DNA of 64,000 nucleotides. It comes from Gemmatimonadota bacterium (GTDB taxonomy: Bacteria; Gemmatimonadota; Gemmatimonadetes; Palauibacterales; Palauibacteraceae). The DNA is taken from the NCBI GenBank assembly GCA_965116475.1, contig OZ220691.1:1632001-1696000 (forward strand), in the 5' to 3' direction. Positions 27,712 through 36,561 of this stretch are shown piece by piece. The position numbers and the translations under genes are program-made. Each line of letters begins with the position of its first letter. Positions within the stretch are counted from its first letter, which is position 1. The notes beneath the pieces are model-generated. The model had not been told where the DNA came from. It did no database searches and worked only from the letters and a program-made list of their open reading frames with translations.

Positions 27712-29988
27712 TCACGGCGGGGCGGCGGCGACGTTCATCGTCATCTTCATGCCGGCTTCGAGGTGTTCGGCGATGTGGCAGTGGATCATCCAGCGGCCGG
27801 GGTTCGACAGTTCCAGCAGGATGTCCGTCGTGGATGCGGCGGGCAACAGGACCGTGTCCTTCCACGCAAGGTTCGGGTTCGGCACCCCGTTCTGCGACAG
27901 GACGAGGAAGCGCTGGCCGTGGATGTGGAGTGGGTGCTGCATGGCGTGGAAGGCGCCGCGGTCGTTGACGACGCGGATCTTCACCACGTCCCCGACGGAG
28001 AAGTCCCACTCGATCTCCTCGTTCTCCCTCCCCGTGGCCGTTTCCCTCAGGACCCAGCGGATCTCGCGGCCGGTCGTGGCCCAGTTCATGCGCGGCATCG
28101 TCCCGGTCCATTCGACGGGGTTGAAGTAGACCCAGTCGTAAGCCATCGAGCGTTCGATGGGGAGCGGAAGATCCTCGGTCTCGAGCGTCATCACGAGTTC
28201 GCGGTCGGGTTCGTCGTCGAAGCGCGGCCGGTAGCGGTCGATGTCCGCGATGACGTCCGCATGTTCGCGCAGGGTCTCGAAGGAGGGCCCGTGGTCGTCG
28301 GCCGCCGGTCGCGACGCCACGGTGACGGCCCCCAGCGTCCTGAGTTCGGCGCGGAAGACGCCCTGCCGGTGGTTGATCCCCTGTACGTGACTGACGAGGG
28401 CGTGGCGGCCGGGACGGTCGAAGCGCACGTCGATCACGTAGCGCTCCGCGGGCGCCAGGACCACGCTTCGGACCCGCTCCTCTCGCTCGAAGCGGCCCAC
28501 ATCGGACGCGACGACCTTGAGCGGAAGACGACTCGGATCGACCGCATCGGGATCGGCGACGCGCTGGTCGGGATCGGGAAGCCCGCCGCGCTCCGTGTCC
28601 ACGAAGGAGAGGTTGAAGGTGCGCGTGTTGGAGGCGTTCGTGAGGTGGAAGCGGACGACCTCGCCCCGGTCGACCTCCAGTTCGTATCCCGGCTCGCCGT
28701 TGACGAGGGCCAGGTTCCCGAACCGGCCCATGAGCATGTAGTTCGCCGATTCCTCCCCGAAGGCCACGAGTCCGTCGTCATCGAGGAGGATGTCGTCGAG
28801 CATGAGGACTTCCTCGCGGTTCGCGGGCCCGTAGTAGTCCGGGTCGGCGGCGTCGACGAGGAGGTTCCCGTACAGGCCGAGTTCCTGCTGGACGTCCTCG
28901 CGGTGATGCGGGTGGTACCAGTAGATGCCCGCGTCCGGGAAGAAGATCCGGTACCGGAACGACTCGCCGGGGGCGACGGGATCCTGGGTGAGGCCGGGCA
29001 CACCGTCGAACGCGTTGTCGAGCCGGATGCCGTGCCAGTGCACTGCCGTCGGGTAGGGCGTGCGGTTCGTGAAGTTCACGAAGATGGTGGACTGCTCAGG
29101 AACGCGGATGAGCGGCCCGGGGTGCTGGCCGTTGAAGGCGAGCATGGCGAGGCGGCGGCCGTCGATTTCGCGGCGCACGATCGTCGCCTCGAGGTCGAGC
29201 GTGCCGCCGTCGGGGAGATCGACGAGTTGGCGCGAGGCGGCCTCGGGGAGCGTTACCCACGGGGGCAGGTCCGCCGCGCTTTCGAGGCTTGCGGGGCGGG
29301 CGCGCGGTTCGAGGTCCATCACGCCGGGCAGCATGGCGATGCCGGGGTACGCGGGCGGCGCGGTCCAGCGACTCGGGGCCCGGCCGGCGGCCCGCCGCGT
29401 CGCCGACGGCGCGAGGGCCAGGAGGTCGTGCGCCTCCATGAGCGCGGACGGCGAGCGCCCCCGCAGCACGAGTGGCCCCTCGCGCTCCGCCACATCGGAC
29501 GACGCCTCCGCGCTGACCATCACGAGGAACTTGTTGAACGCGACGCGCCCCAGCCGATGCTCGCCGTTCCCGACCGGGCCCAGCGGCACCACGGGCGCCA
29601 GCTCGAGCGGCGTCGCCCACGCCATGTAGACGGTGTACGGCCCCAAGCTGGAGGGCGGCGGGAGGCCCTCGATATGCGCGGTCAACGCGCGGACGTGGTG
29701 CCCGGACGGCGTCACGGTGACACCGAACGGCGACGGCACTCGCCCGAGTTCGACGAACCCCTGCGCGTCGCCGGCCCGCGCGGTGGAGAAGAGGCTGATG
29801 CAGTGGAGGTCGGCCGCCACCCGGCCCGTCGTGTCTGTGAGCGCGCCCGCCGCCCCGGCGGCACGCGTCTCCGCGGCCCGCGCCTCGCAGGCGCCGCTGG
29901 AGCCCGGAAGCTGGCCTGCCGCGGCGGGCGTCGCGGCGAGCAGGCCGAACACCCCCGCCGTCAGCGCCCGCGCCGGATGTCGGATCAG
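27712..29988 (-). CDS. Multicopper oxidase with extra N-terminal domain
   Basis: All four copper motifs: HWHG, WYHPH, HPLHIHG, HCHIAEHLEAGM. Start uncertain; CTG overlapping the msrB stop is proposed. Confidence 0.88.
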   Translation of the reverse strand: MIRHPARALTAGVFGLLAATPAAAGQLPGSSGACEARAAETRAAGAAGALTDTTGRVAADLHCISLFSTARAGDAQGFVELGRVPSPFGVTVTPSGHHVRALTAHIEGLPPPSSLGPYTVYMAWATPLELAPVVPLGPVGNGEHRLGRVAFNKFLVMVSAEASSDVAEREGPLVLRGRSPSALMEAHDLLALAPSATRRAAGRAPSRWTAPPAYPGIAMLPGVMDLEPRARPASLESAADLPPWVTLPEAASRQLVDLPDGGTLDLEATIVRREIDGRRLAMLAFNGQHPGPLIRVPEQSTIFVNFTNRTPYPTAVHWHGIRLDNAFDGVPGLTQDPVAPGESFRYRIFFPDAGIYWYHPHHREDVQQELGLYGNLLVDAADPDYYGPANREEVLMLDDILLDDDGLVAFGEESANYMLMGRFGNLALVNGEPGYELEVDRGEVVRFHLTNASNTRTFNLSFVDTERGGLPDPDQRVADPDAVDPSRLPLKVVASDVGRFEREERVRSVVLAPAERYVIDVRFDRPGRHALVSHVQGINHRQGVFRAELRTLGAVTVASRPAADDHGPSFETLREHADVIADIDRYRPRFDDEPDRELVMTLETEDLPLPIERSMAYDWVYFNPVEWTGTMPRMNWATTGREIRWVLRETATGRENEEIEWDFSVGDVVKIRVVNDRGAFHAMQHPLHIHGQRFLVLSQNGVPNPNLAWKDTVLLPAASTTDILLELSNPGRWMIHCHIAEHLEAGMKMTMNVAAAPP

Positions 29989-30392
29989 TCGTCCAGGTCG
30001 TCGTCCGGGATGAACCGGAGCGCGACGCCGTTGTTGCAGAAGCGCTTGCCCGTCGGCTCCGGCCCGTCGTTGAAGACGTGGCCGTGGTGTCCGCCGCAGC
30101 CGGCGCAGTGATACTCGGTTCGCGGCAGGATGAGCTTGAAGTCGCGTTTCGTCTCGAAGGCGTCGGGCAGCGTCTCGAAGAAGCTCGGCCACCCCGTGCC
30201 GCTGTCATACTTCATGTCGGTCGTGAACAGCGCCGCGCCGCACGCTGCGCACGCGAACGTGCCGGGACGCTTCTCAGCGTCCAGCGGACTCGTCCCCGCG
30301 CGTTCGGTCGCTTCCTCGAACAGCACCTTGTAGGCCTGCTCGGGGAGCTTCTCCCGCCATTCCTGCTTCGCCTTCCTGTCTGTCTTCCCCAT
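29985..30392 (-). CDS. msrB: Peptide-methionine (R)-S-oxide reductase
   Basis: 'TE', CAAC and CAGC Zn pairs, 'SGTGWPSF', 'GHHGHVFNDGP.PTGKRFCNNG'. Confidence 0.95.
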   Translation of the reverse strand: MGKTDRKAKQEWREKLPEQAYKVLFEEATERAGTSPLDAEKRPGTFACAACGAALFTTDMKYDSGTGWPSFFETLPDAFETKRDFKLILPRTEYHCAGCGGHHGHVFNDGPEPTGKRFCNNGVALRFIPDDDLDD

Positions 30393-30418
30393 CTCTCCCG
30401 TCTTCGCCGTCTGCCGGG

Positions 30419-31960
30419 TCAGCCCCCGGGGTTCTCCAGGATGAAGATCTTGTCGTCCGTCTCATCCACGCCGGTGAGATCGAGATCCCCGTCCAGGTCG
30501 CGGTCGTGAATGACGACGCACGAGCCGTTCGTGCTCGCCGCGTACGACCGGGGGTTCACGAGCGTGCCGTCGCCCGCGTTCTCGTGCACCGTGAAGCTGT
30601 TGCCCTCGAAGTCGCTCGTCACCACGTCGAGGTCGCCGTCTCCGTCGATGTCGCCCACGTCGACCGCCAGCGGCGAGTCGCCCGTCTCGTACTCGACGGG
30701 ATCCGCGAAACCGCCCGCGCCATCGCCGATGAGGACGCCCACGTTGTTCCCTTCACGGTTCGCGGACATCACGTCGACGTTCCCGTCGCCGTTCACGTCG
30801 CCCGCCACGATCATCCACGGCTTGCCGCCGGCCCGCACGCGCGTGCCCAGCTCGAGGTTGCCGCGCCCGTCTCCCAGGTAGGCGAGGACTTCGTCGGTGA
30901 AGTAGGCTCCGACGAGCAGGTCGGGCAGGCCGTCGTTGTTCACGTCGGCCGTCGCGCACGTCTTCTCGCCCTGGCCCGGCGAGGCGATCTGCGAAGCGCG
31001 CCGCAGATCGCCCGTCCCGTCCGCGTTGTTGAGCAGCATGGCCACGTTGCCGCGCGATTCCTCCGGCCCGACGGACATGTTCACCGCCGCCACGTCCGGC
31101 CACCCGTCCTGGTCGAAGTCACCGATGCACACGCCGCGAACGTTCTGTCCGGACTCGATGTTGCTCCCCAGTTCGAACCAGCCGTCCCCGTCGGCGAGGA
31201 AGACGGACACCAGATCGTTCCCTGCGTTCCCGACCACGAAGTCCGTGAGGCCGTCGCCGTTGAAATCCGCCCCTTCGTTCGGGCTTGGCCAGCTCCCGCC
31301 CGGGATGTCGAGGACGCGGAACTCGTTGTAGTCGCCCTTGCCGTCGTTGAACATCACGCGGACGTCCGCGGAGACCTCGTTGGGGATCGCGATGTCGGGG
31401 TAGCCGTCGCCGTTGAAGTCGCCGGCATAGGCCCCGTACGGCTGGACGTGCTTTTCGCCGTCGTCGAGCACGACCCGCGAGCCGCGGTCGATCATGTCGA
31501 GCGAGCCCGCCCGGGGCCGGATCCAGAAGTTCCACGCGAACCCCGTCTCCATGGCGCCGCCGGCCGCGAGCTTCTCTCCGGCGCGCAGCGAAGCCGTGAC
31601 CGACTCGCCGGCGTGGAAGGAGCCGCCGGGCTCGAAACGGATGCGCCGGCCATCGTCCGAGAGCTGCACGGAGCCCGTCATCACGCCGCTCCAGCGGCCG
31701 AACACGGACAGCGCCGACGGATCGAACCCGCCCGGATCCAGCGGCTGCGCGAGCACCAGTTCGACGGGCGATTCGGGGCCGGCTTCGATCGAGTGCGGGG
31801 CCGGCGAGACGATTGACACCGCAGCCGACGACGGCGCGCCGACGGCGTCGGACGCCGGGGCCTCCGTCGCGGCCGCCTCACTGCGGTCCGTGCCGACTAG
31901 AACCAGCACCGCCACCGCGACGACGACGAGGGCACCAAGTACTCCGGAGAGGGTCTTCAT
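30419..31960 (-). CDS. Exported Ig-like + FG-GAP/VCBS repeat protein
   Basis: Repeated 'GDFNGDGYPDIA', 'ADVNNDGLPDLL', 'GDIDGDGDLDVV'. Confidence 0.85.
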   Translation of the reverse strand: MKTLSGVLGALVVVAVAVLVLVGTDRSEAAATEAPASDAVGAPSSAAVSIVSPAPHSIEAGPESPVELVLAQPLDPGGFDPSALSVFGRWSGVMTGSVQLSDDGRRIRFEPGGSFHAGESVTASLRAGEKLAAGGAMETGFAWNFWIRPRAGSLDMIDRGSRVVLDDGEKHVQPYGAYAGDFNGDGYPDIAIPNEVSADVRVMFNDGKGDYNEFRVLDIPGGSWPSPNEGADFNGDGLTDFVVGNAGNDLVSVFLADGDGWFELGSNIESGQNVRGVCIGDFDQDGWPDVAAVNMSVGPEESRGNVAMLLNNADGTGDLRRASQIASPGQGEKTCATADVNNDGLPDLLVGAYFTDEVLAYLGDGRGNLELGTRVRAGGKPWMIVAGDVNGDGNVDVMSANREGNNVGVLIGDGAGGFADPVEYETGDSPLAVDVGDIDGDGDLDVVTSDFEGNSFTVHENAGDGTLVNPRSYAASTNGSCVVIHDRDLDGDLDLTGVDETDDKIFILENPGG

Positions 31961-32044
31961 CTCGCAACCTCCAACAGCTTCAAACCCACGGGGGTCCGCC
32001 GCGCGCGAACCCGGTGCAAGGCGTGTAACGCCGAACTTCGCAAG

Positions 32045-32959
32045 CTACCGGCGTTCACGGCCGGTGACGAGCGGGAGATCCTCCCGCCGGCCCCAGTCGT
32101 TCCACGAGGCGTCGTAGAACTTCGTTTCGTAGCCAAGATACCGTGAAATCATGTAGGTGTAGCTCGCGCGCATGCCGATAAGGCAGTAGCTGACGACGAC
32201 GCCGTCCTGCTTCGCCCCCGCCTCCTCGAAGCGCGCCTCGACCTCGGCGAGGTCGATCAGCGTGGGGATGTCCTCACGCGTGAGATCCTGCCAGTAGAGG
32301 TTGTAGGCGCCGGGAATGTGCCCGCCGCGCAGGAAGTCCCGACCGGGCCGCTCGCCCGTGTACTCGTTCTCCGGCCGGGCGTCGATGAGCGTCACGTCGG
32401 GGTCGTCGAGACGGTCGTGGATCCACTCCGCCGTCACGATCATGTCTTCCCGCACGTCCGCCTCGAAATCGCCGCGGGTCGGCGGCGCCGGCTCGGCGGC
32501 GACTTCGCCTCCCGCCGCCTTCCACGCCGCCAACCCTCCATCGAGCACCGAGGTGCGGTCGCCGTGGCCCAGGTAGTCGAGCGTCATGAAGACGCGGGCC
32601 GCGTGGAGGCCCGGATCCCCGACCACGACCACGTGGCTGTCGTTGGAGACGCCCGCGGCGCGGAAGGCCTCGACGAGATCCTCGTCCGGCGCGAGTTCGG
32701 TGATGAGATCGTTCCGCTCGACGGCGATGTCGTGATACTCGAGGAAGTGCGCCCCCCGGACGTACTCCTCCAGCGGCGCCATCCGGCCCATCCCGACATG
32801 CAGCACGACGACATCAGGGTCGTCGCGGTGCTCCACGAGCCAGCCGCCGCTCACAAGAATGCCCGGATTCGCCTGCGCCGCGCCGGCCTGAACCGAACCG
32901 GCCAGCGCCGCCAGCCAGATCGTAAGGGCCACTGCTGGTCGTATGGGGACTCGTCGCAT
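32045..32959 (-). CDS. Exported tandem-domain sulfurtransferase (rhodanese)
   Basis: Signal peptide; 'LDGGL.AW', 'DAR...Y.G', 'GHIPGA', active-site loop 'YCLIGMRAS', 'YDASW.DW'. Confidence 0.88.
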   Translation of the reverse strand: MRRVPIRPAVALTIWLAALAGSVQAGAAQANPGILVSGGWLVEHRDDPDVVVLHVGMGRMAPLEEYVRGAHFLEYHDIAVERNDLITELAPDEDLVEAFRAAGVSNDSHVVVVGDPGLHAARVFMTLDYLGHGDRTSVLDGGLAAWKAAGGEVAAEPAPPTRGDFEADVREDMIVTAEWIHDRLDDPDVTLIDARPENEYTGERPGRDFLRGGHIPGAYNLYWQDLTREDIPTLIDLAEVEARFEEAGAKQDGVVVSYCLIGMRASYTYMISRYLGYETKFYDASWNDWGRREDLPLVTGRERR

Positions 32960-33044
32960 GAGGATATCTCCGGAACTCGTCATTGGTGGTCTCTTCGCTC
33001 CTGTTCGACTCGCTTTCTGCGCGGAGTGAGCATATCTCAGCCGG

Positions 33045-34799
33045 ATGGAGTTTCGAAACCGGGAAGGGAACGAGGAGTACGCGTTCTCCCTCCCGCGCCG
33101 GAATCGCGCGCCCGGGACGAGCGCCTTCGTGCGGGCGAAGGACGAGGCGTCGAAGATCGAGTACTGTTTGCGCTCGATCCTCCCCGTCTTCGACGAGATC
33201 CACGTCATCGACAACGGCAGCCGGGACGACACGAGCCGGATCGCGCGGCGGGTGCGGGAGTCCGTCGCTGAGGGCGGCAAGCTTCGGGTTCATTCGTATC
33301 CCTTCCGGGTGGGGCGGTTCGGGCCCGAGCACGACGAAACCCCCGCCGACTCGCTGCGCTCTCTCGTCTACTTCACGAACTGGGCGCTGTCGCGCTGCAC
33401 GCGGCGCTATGCCTGCAAGTGGGACGCGGACATGGTGCTTGCGGGCGAACAACGGGATGCCTTCGCGGGCCTGGTCGCAGGACTCGACCGTGGGTGGCCC
33501 GCCGCCTGGTCGCTCGCCGGGCAGACGGTGTACCGGACGCCGGACGGGTCGTTTCTGGCCCCTCGGGGAGAGGTGAACCGGGAGGTGCGGATCGCCCCCT
33601 TCGGTTACCCGGCCAGGTTCCACAAGCGGGAGCACTGGGAGCAGCTCATCCGACCCCGCTGGCTCCGCACGCGCCACTTCGCACCCGTCTGTTTCCATGA
33701 GTTGAAGTTTCTGGACGAGGAGGAGTTCGATCACTGGTCGACGACGGAGTTCCCCTCGCCCCGCAAGCGACGGGAATGGGCCTCGTTTCAGCGCCTGCGT
33801 GAAGGTCGGCGGGCCGGCGCGGTCCATCGCCTGCCCGCGACGTTCCTAGATGACCAGGTCGGGCCCGCGGAGCCGCACGGGTCGGGCAGGGAACGACCTG
33901 GCGGCTCCCCGGGCGGCGAGCGTCCGGCCGACGGGCGCTCGGCACGCAGGCGCACGCTGTCGCGCCGGATGCCGCGTTTCCTGGGGATCGGCGCCACGCG
34001 CGCGGGCACGAGTTGGGTGGCGGCGCAGCTTGCCGCCCACCCGCAGATCCGGATGGGCCGCAAGGAGATCCACTTCTTCGACCGCAAGCTCCGAGCGCCG
34101 GCCGCGAGCGGATCCGCGCGGGATCGAATCGACCGGCTCCGCTATCTCGCCCGCTTCGTTTGCGCCCGGGGGGGCACCAGGCGGGGCACCGGGGGGGGCG
34201 GTCCGCGGGGCACCGGGGGGGGCGGTCCGCGGGGCACCGGGGGGGGCGGTCCGCGAGGTACCCTGCGGGGTGGCCGGATCCGGGGCGAAGTCACGCCCGC
34301 GTACGCGATTCTCGAGCCGGCGGTCATCCGTCGCGTGGCCGAGTGGATGCCCGACGCGAGGCTCATCTTCATGATGCGCGACCCGATCGAGCGCGCGTGG
34401 TCGCAGGCGCGGAACGGGTTTCCGCGCTGGCGGGGCAAGCCGTTGGAGTCCGTGGGCCGCGACGAACTCATCGCCTACTTCGACAGCGACCCGGTCCGGC
34501 GGCGCAGCGACTACGCGACCTGCCTGCGCGCGTGGTTCGAGCATTTCCCGCACGGGCAGTTCTTCTTCGGTTTCCTGGACGAGATCCGGGATCGCCCCGC
34601 AGACCTGATGCGCGATCTCCTGGGATTCCTCGAGGCGGGGCTCGTCGAGACGGACGCGGAGTCGCTGGAGAAGCCGGTGAACGCTTCGGATCCCCTCCCC
34701 ATGCCGGACTGGGTGCGCGACCACCTCGAACGGGAGTACGCGTTCGACGCGGACGAAGTCTCGGAACTCATCGGACGGCAGGTCCCGTGGTCCCGGTGA
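33045..34799 (+). CDS. GT2-like glycosyltransferase fused to a sulfotransferase domain
   Basis: N-terminal 'RAKDE', 'IDNGSRD', 'KWDAD'; from ATG 33969 'FLGIGATRAGTSW', 'KEIHFFD', 'RDPIERAWS'. Confidence 0.75.
   Translation: MEFRNREGNEEYAFSLPRRNRAPGTSAFVRAKDEASKIEYCLRSILPVFDEIHVIDNGSRDDTSRIARRVRESVAEGGKLRVHSYPFRVGRFGPEHDETPADSLRSLVYFTNWALSRCTRRYACKWDADMVLAGEQRDAFAGLVAGLDRGWPAAWSLAGQTVYRTPDGSFLAPRGEVNREVRIAPFGYPARFHKREHWEQLIRPRWLRTRHFAPVCFHELKFLDEEEFDHWSTTEFPSPRKRREWASFQRLREGRRAGAVHRLPATFLDDQVGPAEPHGSGRERPGGSPGGERPADGRSARRRTLSRRMPRFLGIGATRAGTSWVAAQLAAHPQIRMGRKEIHFFDRKLRAPAASGSARDRIDRLRYLARFVCARGGTRRGTGGGGPRGTGGGGPRGTGGGGPRGTLRGGRIRGEVTPAYAILEPAVIRRVAEWMPDARLIFMMRDPIERAWSQARNGFPRWRGKPLESVGRDELIAYFDSDPVRRRSDYATCLRAWFEHFPHGQFFFGFLDEIRDRPADLMRDLLGFLEAGLVETDAESLEKPVNASDPLPMPDWVRDHLEREYAFDADEVSELIGRQVPWSR
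34181..34252. repeat. 24-bp tandem repeat x3 with G8 tracts (GCGGGGCACCGGGGGGGGCGGTCC)
   Basis: Read directly; encodes RGTGGGGP x3. Confidence 0.9.
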
Positions 34800-35746
34800 A
34801 GCGGCCGCCGAGGCTCGACCCGCCACGGGTTCGGCGCCGCCCGGCCCCGGCCTTCAAGCGGTGGTTCGGTCGCGGCAAGCGGGCGGTCGGCTACTACCGG
34901 CTGCGCGACGGGCTTCGGAGCCGGCTCCGTGAGCCCGGGTTTCGCCGGGCCCTGCGGCCCACCGACGTCTTCCTGGTCGGCCATCCGAAATCGGGGAATA
35001 CCTGGCTCGCGTACATGCTGGCCGTGTTTCTGTCGGACGACCGCGACGGGGACGTGAACCTGTACAACGTCGGGGACCACGTGCCGTTCGTGCACGGCCG
35101 CGACCATGAGATCGCCGCCTGGGGCCACCTCCCGGACCCCCGGGTGTTCCGGAACGAGTATCCCCGCCATCCGCACCGCTATCCGGGAACCCTCTATCTC
35201 GTGCGCGACCCGCGCGCGGTCCTGATCTCCTTCTGGCACATGTTCGCGACGATGTTCGACGATCGTGAGGTGACGCTCTCGAGGTTCGTGAACGGATACC
35301 TGTCCGGCCGCGCTCCGTTCGACACCTGGCACCGGCACCTGACGCGGTGGGATCGGCAGGTCACGGCCGCGCTCCGGCGCGCGGAGGACGGCGAGCGCAT
35401 CTGCATCGTGCGCTACGAGGACCTTGTCTCCGACCGCGAGGCGACCCTCCGCCGCGTGGCGCATTTCATCGGAGCCCTTCCTGCGGGTGACGTACCTGCG
35501 GGAGACGTTCCCGCGGGAACGTCCGCGCGGCTTTCGCGGGCGGTGGCGCGCGGGTCGTTCGAGGCCATGCGAGATCTTGAGGGGCGCCACGGCGCGGAGG
35601 CCTACGCCGGGCGGGCCCGCGGGGAGGGACGGTTCATTCGCCGGGGACGGGCGGAGGGTTGGAAGGATGAGATGGAGCCCGCGGACGCGGCTCGGATCGA
35701 AGCCGCCTTCGGCCCCGTCATGGAGCGCGCGGGATACCTGGCGTGA
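34796..35746 (+). CDS. Sulfotransferase domain protein
   Basis: 'DVFLVGHPKSGNTW', 'VRDPRAVLIS', 'RYEDL', 'FIRRG...GWK'; GTGA overlap with the previous gene. Confidence 0.88.
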   Translation: MKRPPRLDPPRVRRRPAPAFKRWFGRGKRAVGYYRLRDGLRSRLREPGFRRALRPTDVFLVGHPKSGNTWLAYMLAVFLSDDRDGDVNLYNVGDHVPFVHGRDHEIAAWGHLPDPRVFRNEYPRHPHRYPGTLYLVRDPRAVLISFWHMFATMFDDREVTLSRFVNGYLSGRAPFDTWHRHLTRWDRQVTAALRRAEDGERICIVRYEDLVSDREATLRRVAHFIGALPAGDVPAGDVPAGTSARLSRAVARGSFEAMRDLEGRHGAEAYAGRARGEGRFIRRGRAEGWKDEMEPADAARIEAAFGPVMERAGYLA

Positions 35747-36561
35747 AGGCGCACGGAGGCCCCGGTATCGCGGTCATCGTCTCGACCTACGACCGGCCCG
35801 ACGCCCTCGATGCGGTGCTGCGGAGTCTCACCGAACAGACGTACCGCGGCTTCGAGATCGTCGTGGCAGACGACGGCTCCGGCCCGGATACGCGCGAGCT
35901 CGTCGAACGGTACATGGAGGCATCCGGCCTCGATCTGCGGCACGTCCGGCAGGAGGACCGGGGGTATCGACTGGCCGCGATCCGCAACCGCGCCGCCGCC
36001 GCGACCGAACAGCCGTACCTGATCTTTCTCGACGGTGACTGTCTCGTGCGGCCGGACTTTGTCGAGAGGCACGCCGCGCTCGCCGAGCCGGGGCATTTCG
36101 TCCACGGCAGCCGGGTGAGGCTCGACCCGGGACTCTCGCGGTTCGCGATCGCGCAGGTCCCGCCGACCATCGAACGCTGGGGCGCCGCCCGCTGGCTCGG
36201 CGAGTGGCTCCGGGGGCGCGTGGACCGCTTCACGCCGCTGCTGCGCGTGCCGCTGGGGCCTCTGCGGCGCGTGTCACCGCGGCGGTGGCACGGGGTCAAG
36301 GGGTGCAATCTCGCCCTGTGGCGTTCGGACCTCCTCGCGGTGAACGGGTTCGACGAAGGCTTCGCGGGGTGGGGGTTCGAGGACAACGACCTCGTCGTCC
36401 GCCTCATCCGGAACGGCGTGCGACGCAAGGAGGGACGCTACGCGGTCCCGGTGCTGCACCTCTGGCACGAGACGCGCCCGCCCGACCCGGCGAGCCGCGA
36501 GCGCCTCGAACGCCGTCTCCGCTCCGACACCATCCGCGCCGAGCGGGGAATCGACGGCTAG
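35743..36561 (+). CDS. Glycosyltransferase family 2
   Basis: 'IVVADDGS', 'FLDGD', 'GCN', 'VNGFDE.F.GWG.ED'. Confidence 0.9.
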   Translation: MKAHGGPGIAVIVSTYDRPDALDAVLRSLTEQTYRGFEIVVADDGSGPDTRELVERYMEASGLDLRHVRQEDRGYRLAAIRNRAAAATEQPYLIFLDGDCLVRPDFVERHAALAEPGHFVHGSRVRLDPGLSRFAIAQVPPTIERWGAARWLGEWLRGRVDRFTPLLRVPLGPLRRVSPRRWHGVKGCNLALWRSDLLAVNGFDEGFAGWGFEDNDLVVRLIRNGVRRKEGRYAVPVLHLWHETRPPDPASRERLERRLRSDTIRAERGIDG

